Shown here piece after piece: positions 19,685 to 27,215 of a DNA stretch of 64,000 nt (the first letter of the stretch is position 1; the number at the start of each line of letters is the position of its first letter). Position numbers and translations under genes: made by a program. This DNA is from an uncultured Armatimonadetes bacterium (GTDB taxonomy: Bacteria > Armatimonadota > UBA5829 > DTJY01). The notes under the pieces were generated by a model that saw nothing but the letters and a program-made list of their open reading frames with translations, did not search any database and had not been told where the DNA came from. Where the stretch lies: assembly GCA_963717145.1 (NCBI GenBank), contig OY970325.1:4736001-4800000 (forward strand). Direction: 5' to 3'.

Positions 19685-22645
19685 TTACTCTCCCTCATCC
19701 TTCAAGCAGCAGCGTTTGTACTTCTTCCCGCTTCCGCAGGGACACGGGTCGTTCCGGCCGACTTTGGCGCGCGTCTTCATCGGCGCCAGCTTCCTCGGGC
19801 GGGGCAGCCCCTCGTCGAAGTCGCTGTACGGCCCCGGCTCGTCGAACCCCTGGGCCGGAGACGGCGCACCCATCGGTGTCAACTCGCTCGTGTTCATGCT
19901 CACGTTTCGATACGGATTCCGATATGGCTCGTTGACGACCTGCACCTGCACGCGGAACATCCACCGAACGATCTCGTCCTGGATGCCCTGCTGCATCTGG
20001 TCGAACATCTCGAAGCCTTCCTTCTTGTAGGCCATCAGCGGGTCGATCTGCGCATATCCACGCAGGCCGATGCCCTCCAGAAGGTAGTCCATCCCGTCCA
20101 GGTGCTCGAGCCACTTGTTGTCGATCGCGCGGAAGGCGATCTGGCGCTCCAGGTCGCGCATCAACTCCGAGCCGATCTGCTTCTCGCGGTCCTCGTAGGC
20201 CTTCTCCGCAAGCTCGGTGAGCAGGTCCTCGATCTCGAGCCGCCTCTTGCCGTGCAAATCTGTGGCACTGATGTAGAGCGAGAGTGGGAATATCTCGTTC
20301 AGCATCTCGAACAGCGTGTCGGTATCCCAATCGCTCGAACTCTCGGGGCAGTACGTGGCGATCGTGTCGAGCACCGTCTGGTTCAGATAGCTCGTGATCG
20401 TCGGCTTGAGGTCCCTGCCCTCCAGGATCTTCCTGCGCTCGCCGTAGATGATCTCGCGCTGGACGTTCATCACGTCGTCGTACTGGAGGACCTGCTTTCG
20501 GATGCCGAAGTGGTAGGTCTCCATCTTCTTCTGCGTGCGCTCGATCATCCTCGAGAGCAGCTTGGCGTCCATCGCCATCTCCTCCGGCCACGACGCGAGC
20601 CACGGGCTCTGCATCCGATCGCCGAACACCCGCCATAGCTCATCTTCCAGCGAGACATAGAACCGCGACATGCCCGGGTCGCCCTGACGACCGGCACGTC
20701 CTCTGAGCTGATGGTCGATTCGCCGGCTCTCATGCCGCTCGCTGCCCAAAATCGCCAGACCGCCGGTCCCGACGACCACATCGGCCTCGGGATTCCGGCC
20801 GGTCGAGCCCTCGGGCTTCCCGCCGAGGATGATGTCGACGCCACGGCCCGCCATGTTGGTGGCGATCGTCACCGCGCCGAGTCCTCCGGCGTCTGCGATG
20901 ATCTCCGCCTCGCGCTCGTGCTGTTTCGCATTCAAAACGTTATGCCCGATGCCCTGCGAGAGGTTCTCGAGCAGTCTCTCGATCTCCTCAGGCGCATCGA
21001 GTTCCATGATCTTCGCGAGCCGCTTCACGTTATCGTCCCTGAGCATATCGAGCGATGCGCCAACCGACCGCGCGACCTCGGACAGCTTGCTGAGGGTAAG
21101 CTCGCCGAACTTCAGGTTCAGAAGCTGATTGAACTGCTTCTTCATTTCGCCGTCGAAATTCTTCGACTCATCCATCATCGAGCGGAGGACGAAAATCGCC
21201 GCCAGAAGCTGCAGTTTGTCGGCTTCGATCCGCCCGCTCAGGCGTTCCGATGTCTCGATAGAGCGAGTGCCGACCAGTATCGGCTGGAGCTTGCAGTGGA
21301 GCTTCAGGATCTCGAGCGTCAGCCCGCGGAGCTTCGCCTCTTCGGACTTGTAGATCACGTCCGGGTAGTCGGCGCGGACCATCGGCATGTTCGTCGGGAC
21401 GACGACCACGTCGAGGCCGTAGATCTTGCGGAACTCCTCTTCCTCGGTCTTGGCCGTACCGGTCATGCCGCCGAGCTTAGTGTAGAGGCGGTAATAATTC
21501 TGGTGAGTGATCTTCGCGAGCGTCTGGCTCTCGTGCTCGATCTTGACGCCTTCCTTCGCCTCGATTGCCTGGTGGAGGCCGTCGCTGAGCCGGCGTCCGA
21601 ACATCAGGCGGCCGGTGAACTCATCGACGAGGATGACCTGATTGTCGCGCACGACGTAATCTATGTCGCTCTTGAACATCGTCCGCGCCTTGAGGGCCGC
21701 GTTGGCGTGGTGCATCAGGTCCACATCCTCGGTGAGGTTGTCGACGCCGAGCGCCTCTTCGACGCGCCGGGTGCCGTCCTCGGTCAGCATCGCGGTCTTG
21801 GCCTTCTCATCGATGGTGTAGTCGCGCTCGTGCATCAGGCGCGCCACGACCCTGTCCATCTTGTAGTACATCTCGTTCGATTCGGCGGCCTGCCCCGAGA
21901 TGATCAACGGGACGCGCGCTTCGTCGACCAGGATCGAGTCCACCTCGTCGACGATCGCGTAGTTCAACTCGCGCTGAACGAGTTCCTCCTTGGAATGGGC
22001 CATGTTGTCGCGCAGGTAGTCGAACCCGAAGACGTGGTTCGTGCCATAGGTGATGTCGGCCAGATAGGATTCCTGCTTGTCACATCGTTTCAGGTTGCGG
22101 TAGGTCGGCTCGTCCTCGTTGAAGTAGTCCGGGTCGTAGAGGTACGATGCCTCCATCTCGCCGGTCTCGATATTCGACCCCTGGATCGCGCCGACGCTCA
22201 TCCCGAGGAAGTTATAGACGCCGCCCATCCACTGAGCGTGGAATTTGCCGAGGTAGTCGTTGACCGTGATCAGGTGCGCGCCCTTGCCTTCGAGGGCGTT
22301 CAGATACAGCGGGAGAGTAGCCGTAAGGGTCTTTCCCTCACCGGTTCTCATCTCCGCGATACGCCCCTCATGGAGCACCATGCCGCCGATCATCTGCACG
22401 TCGAAATGCCTCTGCCCGATGACGCGTCTGGCCGCCTCCCTGACGGTCGCGAACGCCTCCGGGAGGATGTCATCGAGCGTCTCTTCGTTGGCGAGTCGGC
22501 CCTTGAACTCTTCCGTCTTGGCCCGAAGTTGGTCGTTCGAGAGCGCCTCCATCTCCGGTTCGAGGTCGTTGATCTTCTCCGCGACCTTCCGGAACCGCCC
22601 GACTTCGCGCTCGTTGCTGCTGAAAATCCAGTTTAGAACATTCAT
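19685..22645 (-). CDS. secA: Preprotein translocase subunit SecA
   Basis: MRTGEGKT, DEVDSILVDEA, ATNMAGRG.DI, RGRAGRQGDPG, C-terminal SEC-C CPCGSGKKYKRCC. Confidence 0.99.
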   Translation of the reverse strand: MNVLNWIFSSNEREVGRFRKVAEKINDLEPEMEALSNDQLRAKTEEFKGRLANEETLDDILPEAFATVREAARRVIGQRHFDVQMIGGMVLHEGRIAEMRTGEGKTLTATLPLYLNALEGKGAHLITVNDYLGKFHAQWMGGVYNFLGMSVGAIQGSNIETGEMEASYLYDPDYFNEDEPTYRNLKRCDKQESYLADITYGTNHVFGFDYLRDNMAHSKEELVQRELNYAIVDEVDSILVDEARVPLIISGQAAESNEMYYKMDRVVARLMHERDYTIDEKAKTAMLTEDGTRRVEEALGVDNLTEDVDLMHHANAALKARTMFKSDIDYVVRDNQVILVDEFTGRLMFGRRLSDGLHQAIEAKEGVKIEHESQTLAKITHQNYYRLYTKLGGMTGTAKTEEEEFRKIYGLDVVVVPTNMPMVRADYPDVIYKSEEAKLRGLTLEILKLHCKLQPILVGTRSIETSERLSGRIEADKLQLLAAIFVLRSMMDESKNFDGEMKKQFNQLLNLKFGELTLSKLSEVARSVGASLDMLRDDNVKRLAKIMELDAPEEIERLLENLSQGIGHNVLNAKQHEREAEIIADAGGLGAVTIATNMAGRGVDIILGGKPEGSTGRNPEADVVVGTGGLAILGSERHESRRIDHQLRGRAGRQGDPGMSRFYVSLEDELWRVFGDRMQSPWLASWPEEMAMDAKLLSRMIERTQKKMETYHFGIRKQVLQYDDVMNVQREIIYGERRKILEGRDLKPTITSYLNQTVLDTIATYCPESSSDWDTDTLFEMLNEIFPLSLYISATDLHGKRRLEIEDLLTELAEKAYEDREKQIGSELMRDLERQIAFRAIDNKWLEHLDGMDYLLEGIGLRGYAQIDPLMAYKKEGFEMFDQMQQGIQDEIVRWMFRVQVQVVNEPYRNPYRNVSMNTSELTPMGAPSPAQGFDEPGPYSDFDEGLPRPRKLAPMKTRAKVGRNDPCPCGSGKKYKRCCLKDEGE

Positions 22646-22680
22646 AGTATTAGATCATAGCCTGCTTTCGTAAACGGCTA

Positions 22681-22709
22681 ATTCTACCACTTGAGGGCCA
22701 TATTGTCAA
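22681..22709 (-). promoter_or_regulatory. Sigma70-type promoter of the secA operon
   Basis: Minus strand TTGACA-17 bp-TAGAAT with extended TG. Confidence 0.8.
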
Positions 22710-22718
22710 AGCCGCGAA

Positions 22719-24074
22719 TTGCTTCACGAACGATGTTACCGAAACGGAAACGTTGCCTCAGATAAGAATGTTACCGAAACTGAGGCATGGAGAAGATGAC
22801 AACTGCATCCGTAAGAGAAGTCGTGAGGCGCAAACGCAAAGAATATGGCAAAGCCACCAAATCGGAGAAGAAGCTGGTATTGAGTGAAGTCCAGGGATTG
22901 ACCGGTTACCACAGGAAGTCGCTGGTGAGGCTGTTCGCGAAAGGAGTTCCACCAGCGAGGAGTCCAGTGAGACGCGCAAGGAAGTCGAAATACGAGCCGA
23001 TAGCCCACAAGCTGAAGACACTCTGGGCTGCGAGTTTCTACGCGTGCGGTAAGCGTCTGCAGCCGTTTCTGACTGAGTTTCTACCCATACTGGAGTCATT
23101 CGGGGAGATAACGGTTACACCAGAAGAAGAGAGGCTGCTTAACTCGATCAGCGCGTCGAGCATCGACAGGTTGATGAAGAAGGAGCGGTCTGCCCTATCG
23201 CTAACAGGGAGGACCTTAACAAAGCCGGGGACACTGCTTCGGTCTCAGATCCCGGTGAGGACGTTTGCCAACTGGGATGAAGCTGAGCCTGGGTTCTTCG
23301 AGATGGACTTGGTGGGTCATTGCGGAGGTGACGGGAGCGGAGAGTTCCTGTATACTTTGACTATGACTGATGTAGCGACCGGATGGGTAGCGCTTGATGG
23401 AATGAAAGGCCGAGGGGAGCACGGAACCGTGCTTGCGGTGCAGTCCGCGTCCAAGAGCGCACCGTTTGCAGTCAGAGGCATAGATACCGACAACGGCGGC
23501 GAGTTCATCAACCATCACATGAACAAGTACTGTCGAGCGCACAGGATCACGTTTACGCGCAGTCGGCCTTACAAGAAGAACGATCAATGTCATGTAGAGC
23601 AGAAGAACTGGAGCGTAGTCCGGCAGTTTATAGGTTACCGGCGATTCGAGACGGACGAGCAGCTTGCGGTACTAAAGGCGATATATCCGCTGATCGTGGC
23701 GTATCACAACTTCTGTCAGCCCATGATGCGTCTTAAAGAAAAGGAGCGGATTGGGAGTAAAGTGATCAAACGCTATGAGCCTGCGATGACGCCGTACCGC
23801 AAGCTGATAAGTGTTGAAGGATGGCTTGACGATGAAGCAAAGGATCGCCTCGATAAAGAACGTAGAGCGACGAACCCGGTGGAGCTACTAAGACGCATCC
23901 ACAGGCTATCATCAAAGCTTGACAGGATGCCGAACAAAGACAGATCGAAAGCGAGCAAGGCGCGGCCCTGAGCGGCGATCAAGAGCCGATCTGACATACT
24001 TGAACACACTACTTGGTAACATTATCAATGACGCAACGAATGGCGTTTCGGTAACAAAGTTAAATGAGGCAACA
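22719..24074 (+). mobile_element. Insertion sequence with rve/DDE transposase and doubled subterminal inverted motifs (boundaries approximate)
   Basis: Each end has two copies of about (G)TTGCCTCA-N7/8-TGTTACC(GAAAC): 22719-22745 and 22751-22780; inverted at 24015-24038 and 24045-24074. Lower GC than flanks; no TSD found. Confidence 0.75.
22787..23971 (+). CDS. DDE-type integrase/transposase (rve domain; IS481/ISNCY-like)
   Basis: N-terminal HTH (TGYHRKSLVRL), PGFFEMDLV, DTDNGGEF, RSRPYKKND.CHVEQKN. Confidence 0.9.
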   Translation: MEKMTTASVREVVRRKRKEYGKATKSEKKLVLSEVQGLTGYHRKSLVRLFAKGVPPARSPVRRARKSKYEPIAHKLKTLWAASFYACGKRLQPFLTEFLPILESFGEITVTPEEERLLNSISASSIDRLMKKERSALSLTGRTLTKPGTLLRSQIPVRTFANWDEAEPGFFEMDLVGHCGGDGSGEFLYTLTMTDVATGWVALDGMKGRGEHGTVLAVQSASKSAPFAVRGIDTDNGGEFINHHMNKYCRAHRITFTRSRPYKKNDQCHVEQKNWSVVRQFIGYRRFETDEQLAVLKAIYPLIVAYHNFCQPMMRLKEKERIGSKVIKRYEPAMTPYRKLISVEGWLDDEAKDRLDKERRATNPVELLRRIHRLSSKLDRMPNKDRSKASKARP

Positions 24075-24138
24075 CGAGCCGACCGCCTGTGCCACATGCT
24101 TATCTACGCCTGGTGGTACCGTCCGGTTCCACCGTGTG

Positions 24139-24259
24139 CCGGGCGACTGAAGTCACGGCTACAAGAGCACGAAGTGTCCCTGCGGACACTGGAGACAGGG
24201 GACACCAGTCCGCGGAGGTGGCCTTCGTGCACTTGTTGCCGCGGTTTCAACCGCCAGGG
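24139..24259. repeat. Degenerate composite REP (GGCGACTGAAGTC.CGGCTACAA..GCACGAAG ... CTTCGTGCACTTGTTGCCGCGGTTTCAACCGCC)
   Basis: Imperfect long inverted repeat with nested hairpins. Confidence 0.65.
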
Positions 24260-24306
24260 ACCTGATGCCGTACCTGTACTATATGACACGCGAGCCCGAC
24301 GTTTGG

Positions 24307-24334
24307 TTGACATTACCCAGAGCGGATGTATAAT
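24307..24334 (+). promoter_or_regulatory. Near-consensus sigma70 promoter of the adenylyltransferase gene
   Basis: TTGACA-16 bp-TATAAT. Confidence 0.75.
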
Positions 24335-24371
24335 GGCTGAGAAGCCGTGCAGGAAGTGTGAGGTAGGGAAG

Positions 24372-25334
24372 ATGCGATCTGACTACGAGAATGCAATCAT
24401 CCGGAAGTTCATCGAGTTTGGGGAGAGGAATGATCCGGTCAGGGCCATGGTGCTGACCAGCTCCCTCTGCAATCCCAATGCGCCTGCCGACATACTCTCG
24501 GACTTTGATATCGAGATCTTTTTCGAGGACCCAACGCCCTTTGCTGAGAGAGACGACTGGATCGAAGAGATGGGTTTCGGCCCCATCATGGCTCTCTGGC
24601 ACTTTCCGAACGAGTGGGACTGGGAGCCGGGCAACGGCCGCCACTGGATGCCCATGTGCTACTTCCAGGATGGCACGAAGATGGATATCTGTCTGGGATA
24701 CCTGGACGACCTGCGCGCGATCGCCAAGGCGGATTCTCTACCCAAGGGCTATGATGTCGGCTACGAGGTGCTGCTGGACAAAGACGGCGTGACCCAGGGC
24801 ATGAAGCCCCCGACCTTCACGGCATTCATCCTGAAGCCTCCCTCCGAACCTCAGTATCAATCGAGAATCGAGTCGTTTTGGATGGATTCCACTTATGCTG
24901 CGAAATACCTCTGGAGGGACGACATCGTGGCCGTGAAGTTCAGGTTGGGCTTCCCGGACAACAAGTTCGGCGGTCTGGCAGGTTACGTCCGCGAGATGCT
25001 CGAGTGGTCAGTCGGAGCGGACAGCGGCTGGACGTGGAAACCGAAGTCATGCGGCAGACACCTGGACAAAGCGCTGGATGCCGAGATGCGCCGGGAGATG
25101 ATAGCCACCTATGCCGGCGGAGACATGGATGAGCTGTGGGAGTCGCTTTTCCGCACGACCGCGCTCTTCCGCAAGGCAGCCATCAAGGTCGGGGAGCACC
25201 TGGGATACACCTATCCCCATGACCTCGACCGCCGGGTCTCTGCCTTCCACCAGACGCTCAGAGATCTGGACAAGTCTGCCACGAGAGAGGAACTGGCCGA
25301 CCTCCTGTCTGCAAGTTACGAGAGTCGCCGCTAG
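24372..25334 (+). CDS. Aminoglycoside 6-adenylyltransferase family protein (AadS/AadK-like)
   Basis: VRAMVLTSSL.NPNA..D.LSDFDIE nucleotidyltransferase motif, DGTKMD, VLLDKDG, AKYLWR, MLEW, LGYTYP..LD. Confidence 0.85.
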   Translation: MRSDYENAIIRKFIEFGERNDPVRAMVLTSSLCNPNAPADILSDFDIEIFFEDPTPFAERDDWIEEMGFGPIMALWHFPNEWDWEPGNGRHWMPMCYFQDGTKMDICLGYLDDLRAIAKADSLPKGYDVGYEVLLDKDGVTQGMKPPTFTAFILKPPSEPQYQSRIESFWMDSTYAAKYLWRDDIVAVKFRLGFPDNKFGGLAGYVREMLEWSVGADSGWTWKPKSCGRHLDKALDAEMRREMIATYAGGDMDELWESLFRTTALFRKAAIKVGEHLGYTYPHDLDRRVSAFHQTLRDLDKSATREELADLLSASYESRR

Positions 25335-25435
25335 CGCCCGTTGCATCCACGCACTCGTTCCGCTATACTGGATCCCTCGAAGGCGGTGGCACGCATGAAC
25401 GCACTCATCGCGGCCGGGCTGTTCGCGATCATCGC
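25333..25435 (+). repeat. Direct repeat copy 1 of a promoter + RBS + first ~14 codons block
   Basis: Similar to 26007-26108; contains TTGCAT-17-TATACT (25341-25369) and ATG 25395 MNALIAAGLFAIIA. Confidence 0.85.
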
Positions 25436-25481
25436 GACAGGCGACACATCATCTCGTCGAATCCGTATCCGAGGTAGCCTG

Positions 25482-25925
25482 ATGGAGCGAAGCTCGCGAA
25501 CAAGTCTTGCCCAACTCGGTCTCGATGTGCTCATTCTGCTGCTGGCCGTCTGCGTCACGGCGGGCACGTCACTGGCGGTCTATATCGTGTTCGATCTCAT
25601 CGCGAGTGGGCGGGACGGCTCGTGGGAGGGCCTGTTGCTGTCACCTCACCTGGAGTTGTGGATTCTGGGGAGTGTGCTCGTGGGGCTGCTCGCAGGTGGA
25701 TTTGTGCTTGGCGCATATGCCCGACGCCCGTGGCTTCTGGGGACGATGCTTCCAGTCGCGTTCGTGGCGGCGGTGCTGCCATTCGCGCTGCCGGTCGTCA
25801 GACACCCCGACTTCATTGGTCTTCAGCCGGTGACCTGGGTTGCTGGGTTGGCCACCATTCCATTTGCCGGCTTGGCGGGCGTCGCTCTGGCTCGACGGCG
25901 TGACAGAACGGCTGTCCAGAAGTGA
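25482..25925 (+). CDS. Hypothetical membrane protein (about 4 TM); alternative in-frame start at 25395
   Basis: Four hydrophobic helices; GAGG RBS before ATG 25482. Confidence 0.6.
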   Translation: MERSSRTSLAQLGLDVLILLLAVCVTAGTSLAVYIVFDLIASGRDGSWEGLLLSPHLELWILGSVLVGLLAGGFVLGAYARRPWLLGTMLPVAFVAAVLPFALPVVRHPDFIGLQPVTWVAGLATIPFAGLAGVALARRRDRTAVQK

Positions 25926-26006
25926 TAGCCATGCAGCCCCTCCTGCTCCCTTCGCTCTTCCGTCTCACACGCCCCCCATTCGAGTACGATTAGGAGTACG
26001 AGCACG

Positions 26007-26108
26007 AGCGCCCGTTGCATCAACATCCTCGTTCCGCTATACTGATTCCCTGGAAGGCGGTGGCCCTATGAACATGCTCATCGCGGCCGGGATACTCGCG
26101 ATCATCGC
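26007..26108 (+). repeat. Direct repeat copy 2 (native promoter and 5' end of the gluconolactonase gene)
   Basis: TTGCAT-17-TATACT (26015-26043), GAAGGCGGTGG, ATG 26068 MNMLIAAGILAIIA. Confidence 0.85.
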
Positions 26109-27087
26109 AGCGGTCCCGGCGACTAACGATAATAAGGAAACCAAGCCCATGCTGGATGCGAAATCCCCCGAGTTCTGGAAACTCGTCCCCAAGGACGCCG
26201 TGGTCGAGAAGGTCGCGGACGGATTCCATTTCACCGAAGGCCCGCTCTGGAGCAAGGCCGGATTCCTGGTCTTCAGCGACATCCCCGGCGACAACATCGT
26301 GAAGGTTACGTGGGACAAGGCCGGGAAGCCGGAGGTCGGCGTCCACCGCAAGGTGAGCGGCAACTCGAACGGCCTGACCTACGACATGCAGGGCCGCCTC
26401 GTCGCCTGCGAGCACGGAAACCGCCGGGTCACGCGCGAGGAGAAGGACGGCACGATCACCGTCCTCGCGTCGCACTTCGAGGCCGGCGCAGAGGCACGGC
26501 CACTACAGGCCGGCGCAGAGGCACGGCCACTACAGGGGAAGCGGCTCAACAGCCCGAACGATGTCGTCGTGAAGTCCGACGGCAGCATCTACTTCACCGA
26601 TCCGCCCTACGGATGCCCCGATCCTCAGCGCGAAATCAAGTTCCAGGGCGTCTTCCGCCTCTCGCCCGACGGGAAGCTCACCGTCGTGGCGGACGACTTC
26701 GACCGTCCGAACGGCCTCACGTTTTCGCCCGATGAGAAGACGCTCTACATCGCAGATTCGTCCTCCCGCCTGCATATTCGCGCGTTCGACGTGAAGCCCG
26801 ACGGCACGCTGGCGAACGGCCGCGTCTTCGTCAAGATGGATATCGGCGAGCCGGGCGGCCCCGACGGCATGAAGGTCGACGAGAAGGGCAACCTGTGGAC
26901 GACCGGCCAGGGCGGGGTATGGGTGCTCGACCCCAAGGGCAAGCTGCTCGGCATCATTCGCGTGCCCGAGTTGCCGGCGAACTGTGCGTGGGGCGACAAG
27001 GACGGAAAGACGCTGTATATGACCGCGCGCACCGGCCTGTACCGCATCCGAACGAGCGCGAAGGGCGTCAGGCCGTGGATGAAGTGA
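26068..27087 (+). CDS. SMP-30/gluconolactonase/LRE family protein (secreted) with an 18-aa REP-derived insert
   Basis: FTEGPLW, SNGLTYD, GKRLNSPND, PNGLTFSPD, PDGMKVD, ANCAWG. Confidence 0.92.
   Translation: MNMLIAAGILAIIAAVPATNDNKETKPMLDAKSPEFWKLVPKDAVVEKVADGFHFTEGPLWSKAGFLVFSDIPGDNIVKVTWDKAGKPEVGVHRKVSGNSNGLTYDMQGRLVACEHGNRRVTREEKDGTITVLASHFEAGAEARPLQAGAEARPLQGKRLNSPNDVVVKSDGSIYFTDPPYGCPDPQREIKFQGVFRLSPDGKLTVVADDFDRPNGLTFSPDEKTLYIADSSSRLHIRAFDVKPDGTLANGRVFVKMDIGEPGGPDGMKVDEKGNLWTTGQGGVWVLDPKGKLLGIIRVPELPANCAWGDKDGKTLYMTARTGLYRIRTSAKGVRPWMK
26481..26534. repeat. Two tandem 27-bp family A REP copies in frame inside the CDS
   Basis: GGCCGGCGCAGAGGCACGGCCACTACA x2 = AGAEARPLQ x2. Confidence 0.92.
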
Positions 27088-27095
27088 GACGCCCT

Positions 27096-27195
27096 CAAAC
27101 CCGTTGGGCCGATGTAGTGGCCGTGCCTCCGTGCCGGCCAGTGGCGTCGCAGGCCGGCACGGAGGCACGGCCACTACATCGGCCCAACGGGTTTG
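27096..27195. repeat. Family A REP doublet with extended arms (44-bp perfect inverted repeat, REPIN-like)
   Basis: Arms 27096-27139 and 27152-27195 are exact reverse complements, including flank beyond GTAG. Confidence 0.92.
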
Positions 27196-27215
27196 GATTG
27201 TCCAGGAGTGATCGG

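Noticed and set aside
20711-22636. Long antisense or alternate-frame ORFs (641 aa opposite secA; also 32858-34159, 28242-29807, 38721-40040, 40443-41699)
   Set aside because: Shadow ORFs expected from high-GC codon bias opposite well-supported genes; no motifs or RBS.
22704-24312. A larger element bounded by TGTCAA...TTGACA
   Set aside because: Only 6 bp of terminal match and no target duplication; both hexamers are adequately explained as -35 boxes.
23919-24371. N-terminal extensions in the ORF track for the adenylyltransferase (also 81, 7589, 25840, 26895, 46207)
   Set aside because: They run through IS ends, promoters or REP elements; family-typical N-termini and RBSs lie downstream.
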